The position numbers and the translations under genes are program-made. The notes under the pieces were generated by a model, which was not told the DNA's origin, did no database searches, and saw only the letters and a list, made by a program, of their open reading frames with translations. This document shows, in pieces, positions 26,708 through 34,424 of a DNA stretch of 47,403 nucleotides; the first letter of the stretch is position 1; each line of letters opens with the position of its first letter. Source of the stretch: a bacterium (GTDB lineage: Bacteria > Patescibacteriota > CPR2 > UBA1875 > CAIMLA01); NCBI GenBank assembly GCA_037140175.1, contig JBAXEY010000002.1:1-47403 (forward strand), read 5' to 3'.

Positions 26708-27835
26708 ATGTATTTTAGGCGTCAGATTCAGAGTCGAATAGAGAAAAGCTTTTTCACGGGAAGAGCAATCATTATTTATGGCCCTAGACAGGTGGGGAAA
26801 ACCACACTTCTCAAAAATATGCTGGAGAGCCATAAAGATAAGGCAATCTATTTGAACTGTGATGAGCCTGACATTAAATTAGCACTAACTGAAAAAACGT
26901 CAACAGAATTAAGGTTACTGATTGGAGAAAATAAGATCGTCGCGATCGATGAAGCCCAAAGAGTAAAAAATATTGGCCTGACAATTAAACTTATCGTCGA
27001 TACATATCCTGAGATTCAAGTAATCGCCACTGGCTCTTCAAGTTTTGAACTTTCAAATATTGTTAAGGAGCCGTTAACTGGTAGAAAAATCGAGTTTCAT
27101 CTTTATCCAATCTCTTTGAGTGAGCTCAATCAAGCTTATTCAAGGATTGAGCTGTCAAGGATCATTGAGAATCTATTACGTTTTGGCTCATACCCAAAGG
27201 TTCTAACCTCCCCATTAACAGAAATGGCCCAGATTATAAATGAAGTGTCTGAAAGCTACTTATATAAAGATATACTTGAATACCAGCAGCTTAAAAAGAC
27301 TGATCTTTTACAAAAACTCTTGCAAGCGTTAGCCCTACAGGTTGGAAGTAATGTTGCTTACAGTGAGCTTGCAAACCTGCTGAAAGTCGACAAAGACACA
27401 ATTGAACGCTACGTCAAACTTCTCGAACAGTCGTTTATCATTTTTGTCCTGCCTCCTTTCAGCCGAAACTTGAGAAAAGAAATCGGGAAAACCCGAAAGA
27501 TATACTTTTGGGATACTGGAATCAGGAATAGTATCATAAATAACTTCAACCCTATTAATTTAAGAAATGACATTGGCATGCTTTGGGAAAACTTTGTCAT
27601 CTCTGAAAGAATGAAATCCAACAGTAACCACGGTACGTCGGTAAACTACTACTTTTGGCGGACATACGATAAGAAAGAGATTGATTTGATTGAAGATGCT
27701 AATGGATTAATTAACGGTTACGAGATTAAATGGAAAAAAGATAAATACAGCCCCCCAAAAGAGTTCCTCAATGCCTATACTGCAAGCAGCGTAAAATTAA
27801 TCAATAAGGATAATTTTTTAGACTTTCTAGGTTAA
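26708..27835 (+). CDS. AAA+ ATPase with C-terminal DUF4143-like domain
   Basis: Walker A IIIYGPRQVGKTTLL and Walker B-like VAIDEAQR. The overall layout is typical of AAA_14 + DUF4143 proteins (motif-level call). Confidence 0.7.
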   Translation: MYFRRQIQSRIEKSFFTGRAIIIYGPRQVGKTTLLKNMLESHKDKAIYLNCDEPDIKLALTEKTSTELRLLIGENKIVAIDEAQRVKNIGLTIKLIVDTYPEIQVIATGSSSFELSNIVKEPLTGRKIEFHLYPISLSELNQAYSRIELSRIIENLLRFGSYPKVLTSPLTEMAQIINEVSESYLYKDILEYQQLKKTDLLQKLLQALALQVGSNVAYSELANLLKVDKDTIERYVKLLEQSFIIFVLPPFSRNLRKEIGKTRKIYFWDTGIRNSIINNFNPINLRNDIGMLWENFVISERMKSNSNHGTSVNYYFWRTYDKKEIDLIEDANGLINGYEIKWKKDKYSPPKEFLNAYTASSVKLINKDNFLDFLG

Positions 27836-27864
27836 CGATTATGAGTCCTTAGTCTGAGAAATAT

Positions 27865-28080
27865 GTGGGTTCGAATCCCTTTCTCCCCGCCAGATAGAAA
27901 GTGGAACTTTTTCAAAAGGTTCCAAAGACGCAAGAACAATCAAGAAGAATAAAAGATCCCAATTGGGGCCTTTGTGTTTTGCTTGGGGCTTAATCTGGAC
28001 CCGCCCCACAAGGGACTGGAACCTTTCGAAAATCGACAAAAACTACAAAATTGTGGAACTTTTCTCATCGGTCACAGATA
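27865..28080 (+). repeat. Repeat copy 1: degenerate tRNA-Ser 3' end (pseudo-tRNA fragment) plus terminator and downstream block
   Basis: GTGGGTTCGAATCCCTTTCTCCCCGCCA, GGAACTTTTTCAAAAGGTTCC, GATCCCAATTGGGGCCTTTGTGTTTT, GGGACTGGAACCTTTCGAAAATCGACAAAA, TTGTGGAA and TCACAGATA, colinear with 26401-26614. Confidence 0.8.
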
Positions 28081-28266
28081 AGGATTTCTGTATTGCCCCC
28101 GGTTCAGCTTAAGGCAAACTCCTTGCTTCCATTCATTAACACAAACAGGGGTATATTTTTTGCGGTTCCCATCTGCGCTTTGCCAACGCACAGCAAAAGC
28201 ATCTTCTCGCCCTCGAAAAAGATTTCTATAAAAATCTATTTTCTCACGATTGGTTAATTCGGCCAT
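28072..28266 (-). pseudogene. N-terminal fragment (about 64 codons) of an archaeo-eukaryotic-primase/helicase-type conflict-system protein, truncated at the repeat boundary
   Basis: MAELTNREKIDFYRNLFRGREDAFAVRWQSADGNRKKYTPVCVNEWKQGVC resembles, from memory, the LFRGREDVYA.RW....G..GY.P.C.NEW..G.C N-terminus of large primase-helicase defence proteins. The ATG at 28264-28266 lies 1 nt after the Fic stop. The reading frame then runs into repeat copy 1 and stops. Confidence 0.45.
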
Positions 28267-28267
28267 T

Positions 28268-29299
28268 TTATCCTTTGAATTTGTAGTAAGTTGCTTTCCC
28301 CTTGCCGATCCGTTCAATCAAGCCAAGGTCAATCAATTTGTTCAGGTCCTTGTTCCTAGTGGGTTTGGCACGATCAGTTAACTTAGCATAATCACGGTCA
28401 GTAATAAAGCCCTTTTCTTGGATGAAATCGATGATTTTCTGGTGAAATGGCTTAAGGGATGTCTGAGGGGACACATTCTCTGTTGCGAGCAACTTTCTGA
28501 CACGAAAAAGCTCATCGATTATTCCGTCCGTAAAATATTCTAGCCAATTCGTGAAGTCAATCTGATTGACTAGTTCATAATAGTTGCCCTTTTCACCAAC
28601 ATTTTCAAAATACTTAGTAACATTTTGATTATAATAATTCTCAAAACTGAACAGGTTAAAGGTGTTGAGCTCCATGTTTGCCAGCAAGGCTTTGGTGGCT
28701 AATCTGGCTGTACGGCCATTTCCGTCTATAAAGGGGTGTATAATCACAAATTGTTTATGGAAAACGCCAGCAATTATCAATGGATCGAGTTTTGTTTTAT
28801 TTGAACAGGTAAAATTAACTAAGTCTTTCATCAAACCGGGGACATCCCGATGGTCTGGTGGCAAATAGATTGGTTTTCTAAGTCTAGGGTCATTTACAAA
28901 CACCGGCTCCCTACGTATCTTGCCAGCGTTAAAACTATTAATAAGCCCATCGGTAACAATCTTCTGTATCTTGAAGATCAGCCCCAGGTTAAATGTAATA
29001 TTATCGTCCCGTAGATCCCCTACTAGGGTTCCGAGTGCTTTATTGTAGTTTAAGACTTCTCTCTCGCTATCGCGGATATATTCAGGTTTATTTTTTATAA
29101 TTCTTTTGACCTCAGTCAGGGGCAAGGGGTTACCCTCTATGCTAGTCGAGGAGTATGCCGAGAGCTCTCTAGCACTTTTTTCGAGCTTTACCAACGATAG
29201 TTTATCGAAGTGACGGTTGTTTAAATCGGAAACGATTATCCCAATTCTTTTTATATTGGCGAGAAGCTTAGGCGTGATATTATATTTAGGCTTTAGCAC
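28268..29299 (-). CDS. Fic/DOC family protein (AMPylase-type) with C-terminal winged-helix
   Basis: Canonical Fic motif HPFIDGNGRTARL. GTG start at 29299, preceded by GGAG. Confidence 0.85.
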   Translation of the reverse strand: MLKPKYNITPKLLANIKRIGIIVSDLNNRHFDKLSLVKLEKSARELSAYSSTSIEGNPLPLTEVKRIIKNKPEYIRDSEREVLNYNKALGTLVGDLRDDNITFNLGLIFKIQKIVTDGLINSFNAGKIRREPVFVNDPRLRKPIYLPPDHRDVPGLMKDLVNFTCSNKTKLDPLIIAGVFHKQFVIIHPFIDGNGRTARLATKALLANMELNTFNLFSFENYYNQNVTKYFENVGEKGNYYELVNQIDFTNWLEYFTDGIIDELFRVRKLLATENVSPQTSLKPFHQKIIDFIQEKGFITDRDYAKLTDRAKPTRNKDLNKLIDLGLIERIGKGKATYYKFKG

Positions 29300-29337
29300 A
29301 TTTTTCTCCAGTGTTCAAATTGATAATCTGTGTACTA

Positions 29338-29366
29338 ATAATAGACGATTGATAGACGATTGTCAA
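29338..29366 (-). promoter_or_regulatory. Fic promoter TTGACA-17-TATTAT with a tandem 11-bp direct repeat filling the spacer
   Basis: The minus-strand reading is TTGACAATCGTCTATCAATCGTCTATTAT. CAATCGTCTAT occurs twice in tandem, and CGATTGTCAATCG (plus strand 29357-29369) is a palindrome that overlaps the -35. Confidence 0.5.
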
Positions 29367-29444
29367 TCGCTTTGAGCATGACGCGAACGTGACGCTAGAA
29401 CTGCCGTTAATTTTCGTCTAGAATATCAGAAGGAGCGTAGAAAT

Positions 29445-29560
29445 CTGGTTTGAATTCCTCTCTCTCCGCCAGATAGAGGGTGTAACTTTTTTCAAAAGGT
29501 TCCAAAGAGGCAAAAACAATCAAGAAGAAGGAAAGGTCCCAATTGGAGCCTTTTTGTTTC
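29445..29560 (+). repeat. Repeat copy 2: the most degenerate tRNA-Ser 3' end plus terminator block
   Basis: CTGGTTTGAATTCCTCTCTCTCCGCCA, GTAACTTTTTTCAAAAGGTTCC and GGTCCCAATTGGAGCCTTTTTG. It ends in TGTTTCACGTGAAC. Confidence 0.75.
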
Positions 29561-29665
29561 ACGTGAACTTGATCTTTGGCGCCCTTGGTGGAACAAGTTT
29601 AGAGCTATTTGCTATTATTCATATAAAGATTAATAATAACTTAATGAAATAACAAATATAGATAA

Positions 29666-30553
29666 TTGGTGATAATGAAGATTTTTTCTACTCTTAAAAA
29701 ACAAGCGACAAGCTTTCTCGAGCAATATAAACAGCAAAGCCCAGCGACATATGCAGCTGCTGAGCAGGCAATTGGTGCCATACTAATATTGGACGGTCTT
29801 GTTGGAATAGATAACCCCCTTGGCAGCAATAAACGTCCTGGGATATTTGGTACACTGTTAGGCCTAGTTATAGGCATTGTTTTCCTTTTTGTTCCAACAG
29901 TATTTGGCAACTTATCTGGCACTGACAAGATGACCGCAACAACATCGGCTACAGTTGTTGCGGTAGGAATGAATACAGGTTCATCAGATAGCAACAATAG
30001 TGGGACTTGTCCCTTGACTGCTCGTTATACCGTTAACGGCAAGGAATATACAAAACAGTCATCTATGTCCTCCTCAAGCAATTGTTCATTATCGGAAGGA
30101 CAAACTATTACCATCAACTATAACCCCGATTTTCCCTCCTCCTGGGCAAATGATGTAAAGTCGTTCGGCTTTTTTCTACAAATATTCTTTTGGGCAGGCA
30201 TGTTCGTGATTATTTCTAGTATTGTGACCTTTATTATTCGTTTACTAAGTATTATTTTTGGCTGGAAGCTACTTAAAGATGGTCGAAAATTAGCAGCGAC
30301 CTTACCTAAAGATACAAACTTTCAAACGCTTATTAATGAAATCAAGCAAAACTTTGTTGGAACGGTCTTTAGCTTTGGGGGCTCGGGAGTAAAATCTACG
30401 TTTGTGCCAACACAAACGACGGCCCAGTCTTCAGTCCAAAACAATCCGCCAACACCACCTGTTACTCAGGCCAAACCAATGGCTACAAATGCAGTTTCAA
30501 CACCCGATCCAAATAATACGCCAGATCCAGAGATTGACTCTGAAATAAAATAA
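29666..30553 (+). CDS. Membrane protein with DUF3592-like domain and Pro/Thr-rich C-terminus
   Basis: TM segments flank CPLTARYTVNGKEYTK...EGQTITINYNPDFPS, which fits the DUF3592-like pattern. The start is ambiguous (TTG 29666 or ATG 29675). Confidence 0.55.
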   Translation: MVIMKIFSTLKKQATSFLEQYKQQSPATYAAAEQAIGAILILDGLVGIDNPLGSNKRPGIFGTLLGLVIGIVFLFVPTVFGNLSGTDKMTATTSATVVAVGMNTGSSDSNNSGTCPLTARYTVNGKEYTKQSSMSSSSNCSLSEGQTITINYNPDFPSSWANDVKSFGFFLQIFFWAGMFVIISSIVTFIIRLLSIIFGWKLLKDGRKLAATLPKDTNFQTLINEIKQNFVGTVFSFGGSGVKSTFVPTQTTAQSSVQNNPPTPPVTQAKPMATNAVSTPDPNNTPDPEIDSEIK

Positions 30554-30809
30554 AGGTCACTTTAAAAAACCCTTAAAAGCTCTTTTTTGTGTTTGTTGTA
30601 TAATTTTTATTGGCGAGCTAGGTGGAATAAATTTAGAACAATATTATATAATCATGGCTTTTATTAAGCCATCCCTCGCGAAATTGGCGCCTGGCAGGAC
30701 TCGTACCTGTTAACATTAGTAAAGAGTAAATATAAAACCCCTCTAAGAAATAAAACCTCTCGTACTTTGGATAGACACCTTTTATCATAATGTATACTTT
30801 TGTATATAT

Positions 30810-30838
30810 TTGACAAGTATGTATACTTAATATATAAT
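30810..30838 (+). promoter_or_regulatory. Perfect-consensus sigma70 promoter TTGACA-17-TATAAT
   Basis: TTGACA at 30810-30815 and TATAAT at 30833-30838. The ATG at 30848 is only 10 nt downstream of the -10, so the leader would be a few nt long or absent. Confidence 0.65.
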
Positions 30839-30847
30839 GGAACGAAT

Positions 30848-31582
30848 ATGAATTCAGAGAAGTCACAATTTCTTTCCATAGGCAAGGCGGCTACGTACTT
30901 AGGGCTAACGCCGACTACTTTGAGACGTTGGAACAAAGCCGGTACGTTTCGGGCCACTTTTGTTTCGCCCGGTGAGCATCTCTACTATTCAGCCGCTGAC
31001 TTAGAGAAAAAATCAAAGGGATTGGTCCAGAGCGCCTTTGATTGGACAAGTGCAGACGAACCATTTATGCCACCATCCGATTGGCATTGTCTGACAAGCG
31101 ATGTTTTTAAAACACGTCTTGAACAGCTGACTAGAGAACTACTCGGGAGTCCATTAGATCAATCGGCCGTCTATTTGATTGCTTCGGCAGTCGGGGAGAT
31201 CGGAAATAATTCATACGATCATAATCTCGGGAATTGGCCCGACATTCTTGGTGCCTTTTTTTCATACGATCTTGGTAAAAAATATATTGTGTTAGGAGAT
31301 CGGGGTGTCGGAATTTTGGCCACACTTAAACAAATTAAACCAGAACTATCGAACCACCGCGAAGCTCTTAAGGTTGCTTTTACTGAAGTCCTAACTGGAC
31401 GAGCACCAGAACATCGAGGTAATGGCCTCAAATATGTCTTAAAAGCTTTAGAGCAAACTCCTGCCCAACTGGAATTTCAGTCCGGAGACGCCTGTTTGAG
31501 ACTATTGAAAAATAAATCCGACCTGCAAGTCAAACTTGCTGACGTGCCAATCAGGGGCTGTTTTGCCGTGATACACTATTAG
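30848..31582 (+). CDS. MerR/excisionase-type HTH fused to a GHKL (histidine-kinase-like) ATPase domain
   Basis: The HTH is LSIGKAATYLGLTPTTLRRWNKAG. The GHKL boxes are EIGNNSYDHN (N-box-like), GDRGVGI (G1) and GNGLKYV (G2). I moved the start from the track's TTG 30800 to ATG 30848 because the consensus promoter lies inside the longer ORF. Confidence 0.6.
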   Translation: MNSEKSQFLSIGKAATYLGLTPTTLRRWNKAGTFRATFVSPGEHLYYSAADLEKKSKGLVQSAFDWTSADEPFMPPSDWHCLTSDVFKTRLEQLTRELLGSPLDQSAVYLIASAVGEIGNNSYDHNLGNWPDILGAFFSYDLGKKYIVLGDRGVGILATLKQIKPELSNHREALKVAFTEVLTGRAPEHRGNGLKYVLKALEQTPAQLEFQSGDACLRLLKNKSDLQVKLADVPIRGCFAVIHY

Positions 31583-31593
31583 ATAGGAGCTAG

Positions 31594-31890
31594 ATGCGAA
31601 TTGAAATCAAAAAATTTGGAAACGTGTTAGTCTCTCGTCAGGCAGGGAGAGAAGCATTTGCGGCCTTTCTGCCAACGCTAAAAACCATCAAAAAGGGAGA
31701 GTCTGTCCTTGTTGATTTTAGCAGTGTTAGCGTCCTGTCACCTTCTTGGGCTGATGAGTTCCTAACTCCCCTGCTCGATCGTTTCGGCCACAACTTGAAA
31801 CTTATTCCTTCAGAGAACTCCTCAGTTAAGCTAACAATCCAAACCATTGAAGAAATTCTTAAAATTAATTTTCAAATATGGGATCATTGA
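31594..31890 (+). CDS. STAS-like DUF4325-type protein
   Basis: VSRQAGREAF......GESVLVDFSSVSVLSPSWADEFL fits the DUF4325 pattern (motif-level). It sits 12 nt after the GHKL gene, with a GGAG RBS. Confidence 0.5.
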   Translation: MRIEIKKFGNVLVSRQAGREAFAAFLPTLKTIKKGESVLVDFSSVSVLSPSWADEFLTPLLDRFGHNLKLIPSENSSVKLTIQTIEEILKINFQIWDH

Positions 31891-31995
31891 GAAAAGATCA
31901 AAGGGTTTTGAAAACCAAGAACCAGCAACGGTAGAGTGGGTTAGAATCACTTTGGTCTTAGCCAGATAGTAAAAAAGTCTAATTGGAGATCAAAT

Positions 31996-32535
31996 ATGAA
32001 CGATCTAATTATTAAATTAATTTCCCTGCTTGTCTTGGCTGCTCAGATTGGAATAATATTTTACCTTATAGCGGCCGTCTTTAGAGTCAAGAGCCTTAAA
32101 AAAGTAAATGTATTTGTCAGTAGAAATGGGTTGCTCCTGTCTTTTGCTGTCTCCCTGATTGCAACTCTCGGTAGCTTGTTCTTATCAAACATAGTTGGCC
32201 TAACCCCTTGTGAACTTTGCTGGTTCCAGCGAATTGTAATGTATCCCCAGGTCGTATTGTTTGGCTTGGCCTTTTGGAAAAGAGATAGTCATATAGCTAT
32301 TTATGGCGCTATTTTATCTTTTATGGGATTAATTTTATCCGGCTATCACTACCTGTTGCAGATTAACTTGGCGCCCGTAGCCACTTCCTGCTCACTTTTT
32401 GGCTCATCTACTTCTTGTTCGTCAACCTCGATCCGGGAATTTGGCTTTATCACAATCCCTTTGATGGCATTTACGGCTTTTCTGCTCCTTTTCCTGGTTC
32501 AGATTATTATGATAAAAAACGCTAGAAATCGCTAA
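31996..32535 (+). CDS. Disulfide bond formation protein, DsbB/BdbC family
   Basis: Four TM segments. The motif is TPCELCWFQRIVMYP (CxxC), with a second Cys pair in the later loop (SCSLFGSSTSCSS). Confidence 0.75.
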   Translation: MNDLIIKLISLLVLAAQIGIIFYLIAAVFRVKSLKKVNVFVSRNGLLLSFAVSLIATLGSLFLSNIVGLTPCELCWFQRIVMYPQVVLFGLAFWKRDSHIAIYGAILSFMGLILSGYHYLLQINLAPVATSCSLFGSSTSCSSTSIREFGFITIPLMAFTAFLLLFLVQIIMIKNARNR

Positions 32536-32551
32536 TTGTTTAATTGTTTAA

Positions 32552-32560
32552 TGTTATAAT
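32552..32560 (+). promoter_or_regulatory. Extended -10 element TGTTATAAT upstream of the heliorhodopsin gene
   Basis: TG at 32552-32553 and TATAAT at 32555-32560, followed by the RBS AAGGAGG and ATG at 32579. Confidence 0.4.
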
Positions 32561-32578
32561 TACTTCAAGGAGGACTCT

Positions 32579-33355
32579 ATGAACGAAAAAAATGACAAAA
32601 AGTTTCAATTCCTAAGAAAATTTAATTTCTTTGTGGGTCTCGTGCTGTTGGCAGAAGGTTTTGTGATGCTGTGGAAAAGCACTGACTTTTCGCTCCCCGT
32701 GACGAGCTCATACCTTCGGTTTGACCCCATTACCAAACAACTTGATCCAGTCCTAAAAACCGTAGTTGACTTAAAAATTGGTCCCTTGGTGGCTACCTTT
32801 TTGATACTCTCCGCTTTGGCCCTTTTTGCGGTTGCTCTGCCAGTGATCAACAAATGGTACGTAGAAAACCTTAAGCGAGGCGTGAATTACGCGCGTTGGG
32901 TTGAGTACTCTGTCACCTCATCTTTGATGATTGTGGTTATCTCTATGCTAGTTGGTATTTATGACATCGCCAGCTTACTTGTAATCTTCTTCCTAAATGC
33001 GATGATGATTCTTTTTGGCTGGGAAATGGAATCACACAATCAGGTTACTACAAAAACAAATTGGACATCGTTTATTTTCGGCTCTATTGCAGGGTTAATC
33101 CCTTGGGTAGCTATTACTATTTATCTCCTCGGTTCTGGAGGTGATGGTGGCCAAGTTCCTAGCTTTGTCTATTGGATCTATGGATCTTTATTCCTCTTCT
33201 TCAACATCTTCGCCATCAATATGATTCTCCAGTATAAAAAGGTAGGCCCCTGGAAAGATTATCTCTATGGTGAAAAAGTTTATATTGTTCTATCTCTAGT
33301 TGCAAAAAGCTTACTAGCTTGGCAAGTCTTTTTTGGCACTCTTAGACCAATGTAG
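32579..33355 (+). CDS. Heliorhodopsin (7-TM retinal protein, inverted topology family)
   Basis: There is strong colinear similarity, from memory, to heliorhodopsin 48C12. ARWVEYSVTSSLMIV aligns with RWVEYSLSSSVMIV (counterion Glu109, codon 32903-32905), and MILFGW is shared. YIVLSLVAKSLLAWQVFFGTLRP aligns with YIVLSLVAKSALAWQIFSGTLIP (Schiff-base Lys243, codon 33305-33307). Confidence 0.9.
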   Translation: MNEKNDKKFQFLRKFNFFVGLVLLAEGFVMLWKSTDFSLPVTSSYLRFDPITKQLDPVLKTVVDLKIGPLVATFLILSALALFAVALPVINKWYVENLKRGVNYARWVEYSVTSSLMIVVISMLVGIYDIASLLVIFFLNAMMILFGWEMESHNQVTTKTNWTSFIFGSIAGLIPWVAITIYLLGSGGDGGQVPSFVYWIYGSLFLFFNIFAINMILQYKKVGPWKDYLYGEKVYIVLSLVAKSLLAWQVFFGTLRPM

Positions 33356-34372
33356 CGCCTTTTTAACAAATATTCCCGAGAGTAGAATGGCTAAACCAGC
33401 TAGAGGCAAGGACAATAGGCCATCAATTAAATAGTGTTGCGCAAAATAGAATGTTCCTAAATAGAGAAACAAAAACCAAGGAATTGCAATGAATAGTAGC
33501 CATTTTCGATAATAACCAAGATAGAAAACTATTATTGCTGACCACAATACATGCATGCTCGGAATAGTCGTGATCGGTTTGTTAGCTTTTTGAGCTAGGT
33601 ATACTGCTTTTTGAAAATCATCGGTTGTTTTGTTCGGACGATAGTTTTCTTCAACAAGCTTTTCCTGTATATAGAAATTATTAGGGCTGTTTATGGGCAA
33701 CACGTACCAAATAGCCAAGGCCATTAACATTCCTAAAGTAAATGCTGTAGCCATCTTTATTACCAGCCGGTAGTTCTTCGTTACGAGGAATAAACCAACT
33801 GTTACGGCCGTAACGGTAACAAAGGATCTAAAAATCACCAGAGTCAGCGGCGATAAATATTCGAGGATTTTTTGGAATGGATTTGACGATGTATGAAGCC
33901 AAATGCTAGGCAATACATGGAAGATGCCTTTTTCAAAATCATAAATTTGTTGATTTACTGTGCGACTATGGGCAGGCTCCAAAATAATCCCTGATACAAT
34001 GGCAAAAAATATAAATATTGTGATAATTAATAGAGCCAAACAAGTATCTCTGGCAAATTTTTTTAAATATTTCTTAAAATCCTTACCAGAATCAGCATAG
34101 CCAGACGTAAAATTAATTTTATAAATAATAACCATCACCGAGACAAATAAGGCGAAAGGTAGCATTAATAATGCTAAAAAAAACCAAGAAAAATATATCT
34201 GAAATCCAGCAAATGCGATTAAGGCATATTGATAAAAAGAAAAATTACCGTAGCTAAACAAAATTGACACCAAAAACATGCTCCCAACCAGTATCAGAAG
34301 ATATTTTTCTTCAAATGGTATTTTCTTAAGAAGTCTTAGCAAATATCGATAAATATAATTTGTTTTTTCCAT
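33314..34372 (-). CDS. Polytopic membrane protein, PAP2-superfamily (AUR1/phosphoinositol-transferase-like) phosphatase/transferase
   Basis: At least 8 hydrophobic segments, with IPSMHVLWS and FAQHYLIDG matching the PAP2 C2/C3-type motifs. The 3' end overlaps the heliorhodopsin 3' end by 42 nt (convergent). Confidence 0.55.
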   Translation of the reverse strand: MEKTNYIYRYLLRLLKKIPFEEKYLLILVGSMFLVSILFSYGNFSFYQYALIAFAGFQIYFSWFFLALLMLPFALFVSVMVIIYKINFTSGYADSGKDFKKYLKKFARDTCLALLIITIFIFFAIVSGIILEPAHSRTVNQQIYDFEKGIFHVLPSIWLHTSSNPFQKILEYLSPLTLVIFRSFVTVTAVTVGLFLVTKNYRLVIKMATAFTLGMLMALAIWYVLPINSPNNFYIQEKLVEENYRPNKTTDDFQKAVYLAQKANKPITTIPSMHVLWSAIIVFYLGYYRKWLLFIAIPWFLFLYLGTFYFAQHYLIDGLLSLPLAGLAILLSGIFVKKALHWSKSAKKDLPS

Positions 34373-34424
34373 AAATTGTTTCTCAAGTTATGATACACTA
34401 TTGTTATAATAATAAGGAGGATTT

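Larger units (their letters stand above)
26430..27864. mobile_element. Decayed integrated islet A between tRNA-Ser(UGA) and repeat copy 1. Its cargo is one AAA/DUF4143 ATPase gene, and it has no integrase.
   Basis: It is bounded by direct repeats of the tRNA 3' end (att-like). This is an inference from the repeat architecture. Confidence 0.4.
27893..29444. mobile_element. Decayed islet B between repeat copies 1 and 2. Its cargo is Fic plus a truncated primase-like gene, and it has no integrase.
   Basis: Bounded by att-like direct repeats. This is an inference. Confidence 0.4.

Noticed and set aside
28051-28317. The plus-strand ORF 28051..28257, and the longer version of the minus-strand ORF starting at 28317
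   Set aside because: The plus-strand ORF is antisense to the primase-like fragment. The extension from 28317 overlaps the Fic C-terminus in another frame. The homologous sequence begins at the internal ATG at 28264-28266.
30633-30957. Two overlapping minus-strand ORFs (77 and 97 aa)
   Set aside because: They span the consensus promoter and the 5' end of the MerR-GHKL gene. I found no RBS and no protein-like features.
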